Origin: Candidatus Peregrinibacteria bacterium
Lineage (GTDB): Bacteria > Patescibacteriota > Gracilibacteria > UBA1369
DNA length: 64,000 bases
Assembly: GCA_963708185.1 (NCBI GenBank)
Contig: OY970195.1
Coordinates: 1 to 64,000, forward strand
Direction of reading: 5' to 3'
Shown here: positions 38,141 to 48,600 of the stretch, one piece after another
Layout of the letters: every line of letters begins with the position of its first letter
How positions within the stretch are numbered: the first letter of the stretch is position 1
Program-made: the position numbers and the translations under genes
The notes under the pieces: model-generated
The model's input: only the letters and a program-made list of their open reading frames with translations
The model's database searches: none
Told to the model about the DNA's origin: nothing

Positions 38141-38671
38141 TTAGACGCGGCGGGATCTGCGCTTGCGAACGCCGTTGTGGGCGATCGCGGTGATGTCGGT
38201 GAGAGATTCGATGTTGAGTCCGCCGGTGTGGAGTCCGCGGATGGCTTGTTCACGACCCGAGCCGACGCCCTTCACAATAACATGAACCTTTTCCAAACCA
38301 TAGACTTTTGCTTTGTTGACGGCATTTTCGGATGAAACCTGGGCTGCATATGGAGTGGCTTTTTTTGCGCCCTTGAATCCGTTGGATCCTGCGCTGCTCC
38401 AGGCAAGCACTTCACCGTTCATGTCGGTCAGGGTGACGATGGTGTTGTTATAGGTGGCCTGAATATAAGCTTTTCCTTCCAATACCGTGCGGCGTTTTGC
38501 CTTTCCCTTTTTGGACTTTACGGGTTTTGCGGATTTTTCCGGAGTGGCCGCTTTCTTTGAAGCTTTGTCCTTGGCCGGCGCTTTCTGGTCTTTGTCGGCC
38601 CCGGTCTGTTCAGCCGCTGCGTTTTCACCGCTTTCGGAGGCTTTTGCCGTTTTGGTCGTTTCTTCTGCCAT
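38141..38671 (-). CDS. rpsK: 30S ribosomal protein S11 (N-terminal extension)
   Basis: ATYNNTIV, WSSAG, KATPYAAQ and HNGVR. Confidence 0.98.
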   Translation of the reverse strand: MAEETTKTAKASESGENAAAEQTGADKDQKAPAKDKASKKAATPEKSAKPVKSKKGKAKRRTVLEGKAYIQATYNNTIVTLTDMNGEVLAWSSAGSNGFKGAKKATPYAAQVSSENAVNKAKVYGLEKVHVIVKGVGSGREQAIRGLHTGGLNIESLTDITAIAHNGVRKRRSRRV

Positions 38672-38704
38672 TGTTAGTAAATGATGAGAATATGAGTGTT
38701 ACGA

Positions 38705-39088
38705 TTACTTGGTGGCTACTTTTTTGTTGGCAACCGTCTTTCTCTTTCCTTTTCTGGTGCGTGCGTTCGTCTTGGTGTTCTGCCCGCGCACCGGGAGTCC
38801 GCGGCGATGGCGGAAACCACGATAGGAACCGATTTCCTGGAGACGCTTGACGTCCATCTGGATTTTACGGCGAAGATCACCTTCGGTCTGCATTTTGGAG
38901 ATTTTTTCGCGAAGGATATTCAGTTGGTCGTCAGTAAGCTCGCTCACCCGGATGTCCGGACTGATATTGCTTTCCTTGAGAATCTTGTTGCTCAGACTCC
39001 TGCCGATGCCATAAATGGAAGTCAGTCCAATTTCGATTCGTTTTTCCTTGGGGAGTGTAATACCTGCTATACGGGCAACCGTTGCCAT
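38705..39088 (-). CDS. rpsM: 30S ribosomal protein S13
   Basis: RIAG, IYGIG and [19 protein letters not shown]. Confidence 0.98.
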   Translation of the reverse strand: MATVARIAGITLPKEKRIEIGLTSIYGIGRSLSNKILKESNISPDIRVSELTDDQLNILREKISKMQTEGDLRRKIQMDVKRLQEIGSYRGFRHRRGLPVRGQNTKTNARTRKGKRKTVANKKVATK

Positions 39089-39113
39089 AAAACGATGAAG
39101 TTAAGTTTAAAAA

Positions 39114-39227
39114 TTAACCCTGTCTTTGCTTGTGCTTTTTAATCACGCAGATGACCCTCACGACGTTTTTGCGGCGGATGACCTTGCATTTGTTACAAAT
39201 TTTTTTGACTGATGATCGTACTTTCAT
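39114..39227 (-). CDS. rpmJ: 50S ribosomal protein L36 (Zn-binding)
   Basis: Manual translation [37 protein letters not shown]. Confidence 0.97.
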   Translation of the reverse strand: MKVRSSVKKICNKCKVIRRKNVVRVICVIKKHKQRQG

Positions 39228-39607
39228 GATGGGGATTGGGTTGATTCGGTTGACGGCTCCTTGTTTTCGTCAGGTGTTTTCGTTTCGCCCTCTGGAGGCG
39301 GGGTTCCCTCAGGGGTTACGGCCGGAGCGGCAGCTGGCGGAGTTTCCTGTACCGGCTGGGTGCCGGGTCCCGTTCGCTGATCCTTGTGACGGAAGACGAT
39401 TCTTCCTTTGGTAAGGTCGTAGGGTGTCAGTTCAATGGTTACTTTGTCTCCGGGAAGGATGCGGATGTAGTTTATCCTCATTCGTCCGGAAATATGTGCC
39501 AGGACGGAATGATCAGGATAACGTTCATCGAGAAGTTTGACCCGGAACATAGCATTTGGCAGGGCTTCTGTGACCACTCCCAAAACTTCGATTACCTCTT
39601 TCGCCAT
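39224..39607 (-). CDS. infA: translation initiation factor IF-1 (C-terminal extension)
   Basis: [38 protein letters not shown]. Confidence 0.97.
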   Translation of the reverse strand: MAKEVIEVLGVVTEALPNAMFRVKLLDERYPDHSVLAHISGRMRINYIRILPGDKVTIELTPYDLTKGRIVFRHKDQRTGPGTQPVQETPPAAAPAVTPEGTPPPEGETKTPDENKEPSTESTQSPS

Positions 39608-39733
39608 ACGTTGGATGTAAGTGAGGTTTTATGCCTTGTTTTTCCTCTTTTTCAGGACAAAATTTTACAAAAGAGCGTTAGGATTCTACATGACTAAAAT
39701 GACCATTGCAAGGGAATTTTTATGTCAAAGTTG

Positions 39734-40519
39734 TCAGGTTTCGTCGGGTCGTTTCGTCAGGATTTCACAACCCTTGGGAGTGATGGCAATGGTATGTTCC
39801 ACCTGGACCGCGGGAGAGCCGTCCACCGTGACGATCGTCCAGCCGTCTTTCAGCGTTTTTACCCTTGAGTTTCCCATGGTAAAGATAGGTTCGATGGCGA
39901 TGGTCATCCCGGCCTGTAAAACCGGGCCCGGATCGGAGTCCCGAAAGTTTGGAACCTGAGGGTCTTCGTGGAGGCGGTGTCCGATGCCGTGGCCGATGAG
40001 ATCATGAACCACGCTGTAGCCGTTTTTTACGATAATATCCTCGATGACTCCGCTGATGGTCCTGATCCGTATTCCCGGCTTGGCGGTTTCGGTGGCTTTC
40101 TTCAGTGCTTTTTCCGCTGTAGCGATGAGTTTGGCGAGCTCGGGCTTTATTTTTCCGACGCCTTTCGTGATCGCGGAGTCACTGTGAAATCCTTCATAGA
40201 CAACCCCACAATCCACGGTGACGATATCACCTTCGCGGAAGCCGTGGTGGGTGGGGATGCCGTGGACGACCTGGTCGTTGATGTTGATGCAGCAGACGTT
40301 GGGGAATCCGTTGTAGCCCTTGAAAGAGGGGAGGACTCCATAATCTTCCATCATTTTTTCGGCCATGACGTCAAGGTCCATTCCGGTCATGCCCGGTTGG
40401 ATGTGTTTACCGATTTCGTGAAGAATAAGCCCGAGAATCCGTCCGCTCTCGCGCATTTTTTTCATGTCTTCCGCATCTTTGATGCCGATTTTCATGTGCC
40501 CTTCTCTCCAGTATTTCAT
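39734..40519 (-). CDS. map: methionine aminopeptidase type I
   Basis: VVHGIP, DSAIT, GHGIG..HEDP, AIEP and EHT. Alternative start at 40495. Confidence 0.97.
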   Translation of the reverse strand: MKYWREGHMKIGIKDAEDMKKMRESGRILGLILHEIGKHIQPGMTGMDLDVMAEKMMEDYGVLPSFKGYNGFPNVCCININDQVVHGIPTHHGFREGDIVTVDCGVVYEGFHSDSAITKGVGKIKPELAKLIATAEKALKKATETAKPGIRIRTISGVIEDIIVKNGYSVVHDLIGHGIGHRLHEDPQVPNFRDSDPGPVLQAGMTIAIEPIFTMGNSRVKTLKDGWTIVTVDGSPAVQVEHTIAITPKGCEILTKRPDET

Positions 40520-40536
40520 GGCCTGTATTTCATGAA

Positions 40537-41172
40537 TTAGAGCTTCCCGTCCAAAAGTTTGAAAATTTCCGTCGTTGCATCGGGAATACTCAGGTTTCCG
40601 TTCATCCTGAGCATTTTTCCTTCTTTTTCGTAGTGTTCGATCACGGGCATGGTTTCGTCAAAGTACGCTTTGATGCGGGTCTTGATGCTTTCCGGGTTGT
40701 CGTCGTTGCGGGCCACCAGTTTTCCTCCGCATTTTTCACAAGTTTCTTTGGTGTAGGCGGCGGGATAGACCGTTTTACAGTTTTCACAGATTCTTCGGCT
40801 CATCAGTCTTTTCATGACGACGTCTTCCGGGACTTCGATCAATATACCCAGCATCTGACGGTTGTATTTTTTCATGAGGGCGTCGAAGGTTTCGGCCTGG
40901 ACCATTTTTCTGGGAATACCGTCAAAGAGCACATTTTTGCCGGCAGGAAGTTTTTGCATGAAGTTTTCGATGATGTCCATGACCACTTCGTTGGGGACGA
41001 GATTGCCGGCTTCGACAATACTTTTGACCTTGCGTCCAAGGTCGGAATCTTCCTGGGCGAGTTTGCGCAATTCGCCTCCGGTTTCAAAAACCATGAGTCC
41101 GTATTTTTCGGCGACCGCTTTGCCTAGCGTGCCTTTTCCGGAACCCTGAATTCCAAAGAGGACGATGTCCAT
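40537..41172 (-). CDS. adk: adenylate kinase
   Basis: GIQGSGKGT, DGIPR and a Zn-binding lid CENC..CEKC. Confidence 0.96.
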   Translation of the reverse strand: MDIVLFGIQGSGKGTLGKAVAEKYGLMVFETGGELRKLAQEDSDLGRKVKSIVEAGNLVPNEVVMDIIENFMQKLPAGKNVLFDGIPRKMVQAETFDALMKKYNRQMLGILIEVPEDVVMKRLMSRRICENCKTVYPAAYTKETCEKCGGKLVARNDDNPESIKTRIKAYFDETMPVIEHYEKEGKMLRMNGNLSIPDATTEIFKLLDGKL

Positions 41173-41175
41173 GGA

Positions 41176-42474
41176 TTAATAAAGTTTATTGTAGTCGTGC
41201 ATGACCAGCTGTGCGTTGACCTGGCGGAGCAGTTCGAGCACAACACCGGCAATAATGATCAACCCGGCGCCGCTGATGACGGTTGGTACGCTTCCGAAAG
41301 AGAAGCTGGAAGAGATGTTTTCAAGGATGACGGGCAGGACGGCGATGAGTCCGATGAAAAGACCACCGAAAAGGTTGAGGCGGTCGGAAATTTTCTGGAG
41401 GTATTCCGCCGTTTGTTTTCCCGGGCGAATGCCGGGGATATAGCCGCCGCGTTTCTGGATGTTTTCAGCGACCTGTTCCGGGTTGAAGGTGATGTTGACG
41501 TAGAAGAAGGTGAAAGCGATGACGAGCAGGAAGTAGGCGATGAGGTAGGGAATGCCGTTTTGTTGGAAGTACGTCGTGATGAAGGTCGCGATGTTCTTCA
41601 GCCAATCCTGCGGCGCGTTCTGTAAAAACTGGGCGATGATGCCCGGGAAAGTGATCAAAGAAATGGCAAAGATGATGGGGACCATTCCCGCCTGGTTGAC
41701 GCGGATGGGAAGGGTCGAGTTGTCGCTGCGTCCGCGGATGCCGCGGCCGGCGTAAATGATCGGGATGTTGCGTTGCGCTTCCGTGACGAGGATGACGAGA
41801 ACCGTGAGGATGAGCGTCACCAGGAGCATGATGATGAACGGAATGAGTTTTTCGGACGATTGCTGGGTCAGCGCGAGGTTCTGTCCGATGACGGAAGGGA
41901 TGTTGGCGATGATACCGATGAAAATGATGATCGATGCCCCGTTGCCGACGCCTTCTTCGGTGATGAGTTCACTTAACCACATCAAGAGGAGGGTTCCGGC
42001 GGTTACCGTCACCATGATTGGGAGAATGACCGCAGGGGAGTTGATGTCAGTAAAAAGAGGAACCGGTGATTGTGAGTTCAAAAGAAGGATCATGCCGTAG
42101 GACTGGATGAAAGCGAGCGGCAATGTGATCCAGCGGGTGTATTTGTTGAGCTGGCGCTGCCCCTGTTCACCTTCCTTGGAGATGCTTTCCAGTTTGGGGA
42201 CGATGACCGTGAGCAGCTGGATGATAATGGAGGCGTTAATGTACGGCGAAAGCCCCATCAAGATAATGGAAAAGTTGTGTGCGCTGCCTCCCGTGAGAAG
42301 ACTGAAGAGGCCGAGAATCTGGTTGCGGTTGAAAATGACTTCAAGCGCGCTGAGGTTGACGCCGGGAATCGTGACCTGTGCCAGCATACGGCAAATGATC
42401 ACCATACCGATCGTGAAGAGGATTCTGTTGCGGAGTTCTTTGGAATTCCAGATTTGTTCTAAGTATTTAAACAT
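41176..42474 (-). CDS. secY: preprotein translocase SecY
   Basis: SPYINASII.QLL, GNGAS, AGMVPIIFA and IPGIRPG. Confidence 0.98.
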   Translation of the reverse strand: MFKYLEQIWNSKELRNRILFTIGMVIICRMLAQVTIPGVNLSALEVIFNRNQILGLFSLLTGGSAHNFSIILMGLSPYINASIIIQLLTVIVPKLESISKEGEQGQRQLNKYTRWITLPLAFIQSYGMILLLNSQSPVPLFTDINSPAVILPIMVTVTAGTLLLMWLSELITEEGVGNGASIIIFIGIIANIPSVIGQNLALTQQSSEKLIPFIIMLLVTLILTVLVILVTEAQRNIPIIYAGRGIRGRSDNSTLPIRVNQAGMVPIIFAISLITFPGIIAQFLQNAPQDWLKNIATFITTYFQQNGIPYLIAYFLLVIAFTFFYVNITFNPEQVAENIQKRGGYIPGIRPGKQTAEYLQKISDRLNLFGGLFIGLIAVLPVILENISSSFSFGSVPTVISGAGLIIIAGVVLELLRQVNAQLVMHDYNKLY

Positions 42475-42537
42475 CGGGTGGGTCTTGAGTTAGGGCAGGA
42501 TCGGCCGGGCGGTTGGTAAGGGAACCCGCTCGATCGT

Positions 42538-43068
42538 TTATTTGCTTGCTTTCGCTCCTTTTTTGGCTTTGGCCGGAGTGGGAGCTTCTTCTTTTGATGC
42601 CGGTTCGGCTGCGGCTGCGGTCATAAGCTCGGTTACGGTGCCTTTGGCTTTTTCGATTTTCACCTTGGCGCTCTTGGAAATGCGGTCGATTTTGACGTTG
42701 AGTTTTTTGGTGAGTTCACCGTCACCAAGCAGTTTAACAGGTTTTGTCTTACTGTTAATAAGTTTTTTTTCATAGAGCTTGATCATGTCGATGTCCTCGT
42801 TGTCACCGAAGACGTTGAGTTTACCGACATTCACCACCTGGAAAGAGATATGGTTCGGGTTGTTGAAGCCTCTGTACTTCGGAAGGCGGCGGAAGAGAGG
42901 AGTCTGTCCTCCTTCGAATCCCGGCTTCTTTTTGCTGCCGGTGCGCTGTCTTTGTCCGTTCATACCGCGAGTGGAATACGTTCCGTGGCCGGATCCGGGA
43001 CCGCGACCAACGACTTTACGTTTTTTGCGTGAGCCAGGATTGCTTTGGAGTTTCTGAAGTCTGTCCAT
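42538..43068 (-). CDS. rplO: 50S ribosomal protein L15
   Basis: GRGPGSGHG and FEGGQTPLFRRLPK. Confidence 0.98.
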   Translation of the reverse strand: MDRLQKLQSNPGSRKKRKVVGRGPGSGHGTYSTRGMNGQRQRTGSKKKPGFEGGQTPLFRRLPKYRGFNNPNHISFQVVNVGKLNVFGDNEDIDMIKLYEKKLINSKTKPVKLLGDGELTKKLNVKIDRISKSAKVKIEKAKGTVTELMTAAAAEPASKEEAPTPAKAKKGAKASK

Positions 43069-43095
43069 AAATCTTTTGATGGTAAGTGAGTGAGA

Positions 43096-43770
43096 TTAGT
43101 CTTTCTTCGGAGTTTCCTTGGGAGCTTCGGCTTTTGCCTCAGGGGTTCCGGCTGGTTTTGCTTCAGGGTTCACTGCCGGTTTCGCCTGGGGAGCTTTTTG
43201 GGCGTGTCCGTGTTTTTCGTTGTGAGGGTGGGGTTGCGGTTTCTGTGGTTGTTGGGCAGGCGTTTCGGTCTTCGGGGCGATCTTTTTCTGCCAAGGGAAC
43301 GTTTTGAGTTTTCCGAGCGCCATGATGGCTGCCTGGCTGTTGCTCAAACGGTTTTTGCATCCGAGGACTTTGCTGAGAACGTCCTTCACTCCGGCAAGTT
43401 CAAGGATTTTGCGAAGAGGGCCGCCGGCGATGATTCCGGTACCAGGACAACCCGGCATGATGATCATTTTCGCGCTCTTGAATTTGACCTGGACGCGGTG
43501 AGGGATGGTTTCTCCGATAATAGGAACCTCAATCAGTGATTTTTTTGCCTGGGCCACAGCTTTCTTGATGGCTCCCTGGACTTCAACGGATTTACCGATG
43601 CCCATGCCGACCTTGCCTTTCTTATTGCCAATGACAACGGTAGCCCGGAAACGAAGTCTGCGTCCGCCTTTTACCACACGGGTCACGCGGTCGATCTGAA
43701 TGACTTCTTCTTCGAACTCCTTGTGTTCACGGACAGGAGGTCTGCCTTTTTTGTTCATAGGTCTTGGCAC
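43096..43770 (-). CDS. rpsE: 30S ribosomal protein S5 (C-terminal extension)
   Basis: RVTRVVKGGRRLRF and GTGIIAGG. Confidence 0.98.
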   Translation of the reverse strand: MPRPMNKKGRPPVREHKEFEEEVIQIDRVTRVVKGGRRLRFRATVVIGNKKGKVGMGIGKSVEVQGAIKKAVAQAKKSLIEVPIIGETIPHRVQVKFKSAKMIIMPGCPGTGIIAGGPLRKILELAGVKDVLSKVLGCKNRLSNSQAAIMALGKLKTFPWQKKIAPKTETPAQQPQKPQPHPHNEKHGHAQKAPQAKPAVNPEAKPAGTPEAKAEAPKETPKKD

Positions 43771-43789
43771 GGTTGTTGAAAATTAAGAT

Positions 43790-44140
43790 TTAAAATTGTA
43801 ATCCGCCTTCACGGGCGCCATCGGCGATGGCTTTGACGCGACCATGATATTTATAGCCGTTACGGTCGAAAACACAAGCGGTGATGTTCTTTTCTTTGGC
43901 GAGCTTGGCCAGCTCCATGCCGACTTTTTTGGCACGTTCCGACTTGGTTCCCTTGTCTTTCATCTTGAGATCGTTGCAGTTGATGATGGTGGCGTGTTTC
44001 TGATCATCAACGAGCTGGGCATAGTGGTTGTTGAGACTGCGGTAGATCACGAGGCGTGGTTTTTCTGCAGTCCCGCTCACTTTTGCCCTGATGCGGGCGT
44101 GACGGTTCGTTCGGTTGAGTTCTTTTTTAGAGGTTGTCAT
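43790..44140 (-). CDS. rplR: 50S ribosomal protein L18
   Basis: PRLVIYRS and FDRNGYKYHGRV..AREGGL. Confidence 0.98.
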   Translation of the reverse strand: MTTSKKELNRTNRHARIRAKVSGTAEKPRLVIYRSLNNHYAQLVDDQKHATIINCNDLKMKDKGTKSERAKKVGMELAKLAKEKNITACVFDRNGYKYHGRVKAIADGAREGGLQF

Positions 44141-44153
44141 AGAGGATCAAAGA

Positions 44154-44708
44154 TTATTTTTCTTTAGCTGCTGCTTTTCCTGCTTTGCGGGCGACGTATT
44201 CACCGAGGTATCGGATTCCTTTGCCTTTGTAAGGTTCGGGTTTGCGATAGCTGCGAATCTTCGCCGCTACTTCGCCGACGAGCTGTTTGTCGGCTCCGGA
44301 AACGGTCAAAATGTTTTTCTTTTCCTGGTCGATCGAAATCTGGATGCCGGCCGGGGGTTGGAATTCAACCGGATGTGAGAATCCGAGAGAAAGCACCAGT
44401 TTTGATCCCTGCATATTGGCGCGGTAGCCGACGCCCTGGATTTCAAGCTGTTTGCTGAAACCTTTCGTCACGCCGTGGACCATGTTGGCGATGAGGGTAC
44501 GGCTGAGACCGTGCATGCTTCTGTCGAGCTGTTCTTCCTTCCCCCTTTTGATGGTGACGGTTCCGTCGGCTATCTCCACCGTGATTTTCTTGTGGATGGT
44601 GAAGCTGAGTTCGCCTTTGGGTCCTTTGACGACAATCAGGTTGCCGTCACGTTTTTCAACGGTGACGCCTGAAGGGATGGCAATGGGGAGTTTTCCGATA
44701 CGAGACAT
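44154..44708 (-). CDS. rplF: 50S ribosomal protein L6
   Basis: MSRIGK, GVGYR and PEPYKGKG. Confidence 0.98.
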   Translation of the reverse strand: MSRIGKLPIAIPSGVTVEKRDGNLIVVKGPKGELSFTIHKKITVEIADGTVTIKRGKEEQLDRSMHGLSRTLIANMVHGVTKGFSKQLEIQGVGYRANMQGSKLVLSLGFSHPVEFQPPAGIQISIDQEKKNILTVSGADKQLVGEVAAKIRSYRKPEPYKGKGIRYLGEYVARKAGKAAAKEK

Positions 44709-44735
44709 ATTTGAGAATGGTAGAGTGTAGGATTT

Positions 44736-45122
44736 TTAGTAGACTTCGCAGATCAGTTCGCCTCCGAGTTTCTTTTTCTTGGCTTCTTCTCCGCTCATGA
44801 TTCCCTGTGGGGTGGAAACGACGGCGACGCCGAGACCTCCGTTGATTTTTTTGAGCTGGGAGGTTTTCATGTAAATGCGCTGTCCCGGTTTGCTGATCTT
44901 TTTGAGACTGATATCTCTGTGCTGGGGATGCAGAACAATTTTTATCTCTTCAAAATCGTTGTTTTTCATGTTGTTGAATTCCTGGATGAAACCTTTATCC
45001 TGCAGGACTTTGAGCACGCCCATCTTCATGTTGGAAAATGGTACGGTGACCGTATCCTTTCTTGCCATTGAGGCGTTGCGGATTCTGGTCAAAAGATCTG
45101 CGATAGGGTCTGTTAACATCAT
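44736..45122 (-). CDS. rpsH: 30S ribosomal protein S8
   Basis: DPIADLLTRIRNA, SKPGQR, STPQG and GGELIC. Confidence 0.98.
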   Translation of the reverse strand: MMLTDPIADLLTRIRNASMARKDTVTVPFSNMKMGVLKVLQDKGFIQEFNNMKNNDFEEIKIVLHPQHRDISLKKISKPGQRIYMKTSQLKKINGGLGVAVVSTPQGIMSGEEAKKKKLGGELICEVY

Positions 45123-45156
45123 TTTTTTGTGAATGAGAGAATATATTTTCTGAGTC

Positions 45157-45381
45157 TTACCAGGAGGACTTTTTGATACCCATGATGAGTCCTTTGGCTG
45201 CATTTTCACGGAAACAGATACGGCACATTTCAAATTTTCTCATGTAGCCCCCTCTGCGACCGCACAGTTTGCAGCGGTTGTAGACGCGGCTCGGAAATTT
45301 AGGTTTTTTCCCTGCCGCGAGAGCGTCGAGATAACTTTTCTGTTTGCGTGCCGTTTTCACTTTGAGTGAGAGTCTTGCCAT
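45157..45381 (-). CDS. rpsZ: 30S ribosomal protein S14 type Z
   Basis: RCKLCGR..CRICFRE..KSSW. Confidence 0.96.
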   Translation of the reverse strand: MARLSLKVKTARKQKSYLDALAAGKKPKFPSRVYNRCKLCGRRGGYMRKFEMCRICFRENAAKGLIMGIKKSSW

Positions 45382-45426
45382 TTGTAGGATGATAGGATGT
45401 GAGAATTGAAAATGTAAGGTTTGAAA

Positions 45427-46002
45427 TTACTTCGTTTCGCCGCGTTTGCTCTTGAGTTCCTGGAAAGGGAAGCCGAGTTTTTTGAGAAGCTGAAGTCCTT
45501 CCTTGTCGTTCTTGGCGGTGGTGACCACCGTGACTTCTATCCCGTGGATTTTGTTGAGATCTTCAGGATTGATTTCCGTGAAAACGGTGCTTTCCTTGAT
45601 GGCGACGGTGTAGTTGCCGTGTCCGTCGAAACTTCTCGGCGAGATGCCACGGAAGTCGCGCACGCGGGGGAACACAACGTTGATGAGTTTGTTCAGAAAA
45701 TTGTACATGCGGGTGCCGCGCAGGGTCACGTACACTCCGACGGGCTGGCCCTTCTTCAGTTTGAAGTTGGAAATGGCGATGCGGGCTTTTGCGACCATGG
45801 GTTTCTGTCCGGAAATCGCGGCCAGGTTCTCAACGACGTAGGAATAGTCCTTGCCCATGCCGGTGAGTTTGCCGATACCGACGTTGAGTTTGACCATTTT
45901 TACGCTCGGAACAGCGTTGGCATTCTTGATGTTGAGCTCTTTTTTGAGTTCAGGCTGAATGGTCTTGCTAAACCGTTCTCTTAATGTGAGGAGTTGTGAC
46001 AT
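45427..46002 (-). CDS. rplE: 50S ribosomal protein L5
   Basis: GQKP, VTLRG, PRVRDFRG and FDGHGNY. Confidence 0.98.
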   Translation of the reverse strand: MSQLLTLRERFSKTIQPELKKELNIKNANAVPSVKMVKLNVGIGKLTGMGKDYSYVVENLAAISGQKPMVAKARIAISNFKLKKGQPVGVYVTLRGTRMYNFLNKLINVVFPRVRDFRGISPRSFDGHGNYTVAIKESTVFTEINPEDLNKIHGIEVTVVTTAKNDKEGLQLLKKLGFPFQELKSKRGETK

Positions 46003-46016
46003 GGTTTTTAAAAGTA

Positions 46017-46373
46017 TTAAATTGCTTTTTTCTTGGATGCTTTGGGCTTGGAGGCTTCCGGCATGAGGTCGAGTGAAGCCCCGGTAAGTTTGGAAATGCG
46101 TTCTTTTTTGCCGTTTTCGAGGACCTTGTAACCAACGCGGGTCGGTTTGTTCTCCTTCGGGTCCATCACCATGACGTTTGAAACGTCCATTGGAGCTTCG
46201 AAGGTGATTTTCTGCCCCGGCTGGGTCTGGGTCTTTTTCACGTGTTTGGTGCGCATGTTGACCTTTTCCACCACGATCTGGTTGTGCTTGGCGATCACGC
46301 GGATGACCTTGCTGATCTTTCCTTTGTCTTTGCCGCTGATGACCAATACTTTGTCGTTCGCCTTAATTTTCAT
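46017..46373 (-). CDS. rplX: 50S ribosomal protein L24
   Basis: VISGKDKGK and EAPMDVSNV. Confidence 0.97.
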   Translation of the reverse strand: MKIKANDKVLVISGKDKGKISKVIRVIAKHNQIVVEKVNMRTKHVKKTQTQPGQKITFEAPMDVSNVMVMDPKENKPTRVGYKVLENGKKERISKLTGASLDLMPEASKPKASKKKAI

Positions 46374-46384
46374 AGTTTGTAAAT

Positions 46385-46753
46385 TTAGAGTACTTCAGGG
46401 GCCAGAGAAATGATTTTCTGGAAGCCTTTTTCACGCAGTTCACGTGCGACGGGTCCGAAAATACGGGTTCCTTTGGGTTCGTTTTCTTTGTTGATGATGA
46501 CGATGGCGTTTTCATCGAAGCGGATATACGTTCCGTCTTTGCGTTTGGTCTCTTTTCTTGCACGTACCACGACGCCTTTTTCCACGCTGTGCGCTTTGAC
46601 GGCGCCGCGAGGGGCAGCCTGCTTGATGGTCACCACGACGACGTCGCCGAGGCCTGCATAGCGGCGGCGGCTGCCGCCGAGGACTTTGATGCACTGGGCC
46701 AGTTTGGCTCCGGTGTTGTCCGCGATGTTGATCATGCTGCGTAACTGAATCAT
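46385..46753 (-). CDS. rplN: 50S ribosomal protein L14
   Basis: ADNTGAK and [12 protein letters not shown]. Confidence 0.98.
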   Translation of the reverse strand: MIQLRSMINIADNTGAKLAQCIKVLGGSRRRYAGLGDVVVVTIKQAAPRGAVKAHSVEKGVVVRARKETKRKDGTYIRFDENAIVIINKENEPKGTRIFGPVARELREKGFQKIISLAPEVL

Positions 46754-46783
46754 GGTTGTTTCTTAAAAAGAGGTCTTAAAAAG

Positions 46784-47032
46784 TTATTTTTTTGCCGGTT
46801 GAGCTTCTTCCGGTTTGACTACCGTCCATCTTTTGAGTTTGCTCAGGGGGCGGGTTTCATAAATGGTCACTTCGTCTCCGACCTTGGAGGTATTCTGAGG
46901 ATCGTCCACATAGAATTTTTTCGATACACGGTACTTCTTCCTGTATTTCGAATGCATTTTGTAGCTGTTCACCGTGACGACACGTGTTTTGTCCATTTTA
47001 TCGCTGACGACAATTCCTTTTTTTGTTCTCAT
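46784..47032 (-). CDS. rpsQ: 30S ribosomal protein S17
   Basis: VVSDKMDKT and ETRPLSKLKRW. Confidence 0.98.
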   Translation of the reverse strand: MRTKKGIVVSDKMDKTRVVTVNSYKMHSKYRKKYRVSKKFYVDDPQNTSKVGDEVTIYETRPLSKLKRWTVVKPEEAQPAKK

Positions 47033-47058
47033 GTGAACGTTAGATTAGAGAGATGGAG

Positions 47059-47418
47059 TTATTTTTGTGAAGACTTTGCTGTCGAAGCCTTGCTTTTCTT
47101 GGCAGGAGTTTTAGCAGAAGCCGTTTTCTTTGTCGAAGCCTTTTTCGCGGCGGTTTTCGGCTGAGCTTTTTTCTCTTCGGCTGGCATTGCTGCCGCTGTT
47201 TCTTTCTTTGCCGATTCAGGCTTCTCTTCCATTTTCATTTCTTTCGTCAGGGTGTGGAGGAGTGCAATGTATCGTTTCAGGTTCTTGATCATGTGAGCTT
47301 CCTTGGAGCTTCCGCTGCGGACCTCGAATTTTCTTTTGAGGAGTTCGCGGCGGGATCTTTCGAGTTCGTCCATCAATTCCCTGTTTCCGAGTTGTCGAAT
47401 TTCTTGTTTGCTGAGCAT
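47059..47418 (-). CDS. rpmC: 50S ribosomal protein L29 (long Lys/Ala tail)
   Basis: Operon position and L29-like core (EIRQL..EL..IKNLKRYIA). Confidence 0.92.
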   Translation of the reverse strand: MLSKQEIRQLGNRELMDELERSRRELLKRKFEVRSGSSKEAHMIKNLKRYIALLHTLTKEMKMEEKPESAKKETAAAMPAEEKKAQPKTAAKKASTKKTASAKTPAKKSKASTAKSSQK

Positions 47419-47425
47419 AGGATGT

Positions 47426-47848
47426 TTATAAACTGACGTTACTGTCGATGAAGCGGCATTTTACCGGGAGTTTCTGGGATGCAAGGCGCATGGCTTCCTT
47501 GGCGGTCGCTACGTCCACACCGTCCATTTCAAAGAGAATTGTTCCCGCGTGGATTTCAGCCACGTATTTTTCAACGGTTCCTTTTCCGCTTCCCATGGGT
47601 ACTTCCGCAGCTTTTTGCGTGACAGGTTTGTGAGGGAAAACACGGATCCAGATCTTGCCGCCACGTTTGATGAAGTGTGTCATGGCGCGGCGTGCGGCTT
47701 CGATTTGCCGGCTGTTGATTTCTCCGCCTTCAAGCGATTTGAGGGCGTAAGCCCCGAAAGCTGCAAGGGTGCCCCGGGTCGCAACTCCGTGGGTGGAGCC
47801 GCGGAGGCGGTGAGATTTGCGGTATTTGAGCTTTTTGGGAGTAAACAT
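47426..47848 (-). CDS. rplP: 50S ribosomal protein L16
   Basis: [14 protein letters not shown] and MGSGKG. Confidence 0.98.
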   Translation of the reverse strand: MFTPKKLKYRKSHRLRGSTHGVATRGTLAAFGAYALKSLEGGEINSRQIEAARRAMTHFIKRGGKIWIRVFPHKPVTQKAAEVPMGSGKGTVEKYVAEIHAGTILFEMDGVDVATAKEAMRLASQKLPVKCRFIDSNVSL

Positions 47849-47903
47849 AAGGTGAGAATTGAGCTAGCAGAGTATAGCGATTTTCGCTGGATAATCAAGG
47901 TTT

Positions 47904-48575
47904 TTATGCCTGTTCGGCCATTTCGGTGCGTAAGGCGTCTCCTCTTTTCTTGAAGATGTCGCCTCGGTAGATCCATACTTTCACGCCGATGGTTCCGTAA
48001 GCCGTTTTGGCGTGGATGCAGGCGTAGTCGATGTCCGCTCGCAGCGTATGGAGGGGGATCTTGCCGTTGGAGAAGAATTCCGAACGGGCGATTTCAACTC
48101 CATTCAACCTTCCTGCGAGGAAGATCTTGGCGCCGCGTGCTCCGCTTTCGATGGCTTTATCCACAGCCATTTTTGCGGCACGGCGATAGGAGACTCTTTT
48201 TTCGATCTGCTGTGCGATGCTGTCGGCAAGCAGTTTGGCGTCAAGCGCCGGTTTCTTGATCTCTTTAATGTTGAGGGTGAAGTCTTCGTGAAATTTCTTT
48301 TTCAGTTCGTCGCGGAGAGTGTCGATGCTTGCCCCCTGGCGTCCGATGATGACGCCCGGCTTGGCGGAATGGATGAAAACGTTAACCTTTCCTGCGCTGC
48401 GCTGGATTTCAATTCTTGAAACAGCCGCGTCGGCAAGCCTTTCTTCAATGAGCTTGCGAATTTGGATGTCCTGGTGGAGCATTTTGGAATAGTTGCGCTT
48501 GTTGGCGAACCACTTGGAGTCCCAGGAACGAATGATGCCGATGCGTAGGATGTTTGGATTAACTTTCTGACCCAT
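47904..48575 (-). CDS. rpsC: 30S ribosomal protein S3
   Basis: MGQKVNP, GRLNG.EIAR and PLHTLRADIDY. Confidence 0.98.
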   Translation of the reverse strand: MGQKVNPNILRIGIIRSWDSKWFANKRNYSKMLHQDIQIRKLIEERLADAAVSRIEIQRSAGKVNVFIHSAKPGVIIGRQGASIDTLRDELKKKFHEDFTLNIKEIKKPALDAKLLADSIAQQIEKRVSYRRAAKMAVDKAIESGARGAKIFLAGRLNGVEIARSEFFSNGKIPLHTLRADIDYACIHAKTAYGTIGVKVWIYRGDIFKKRGDALRTEMAEQA

Positions 48576-48600
48576 TGTTTTGAATTAAGGATTAGTGAGT

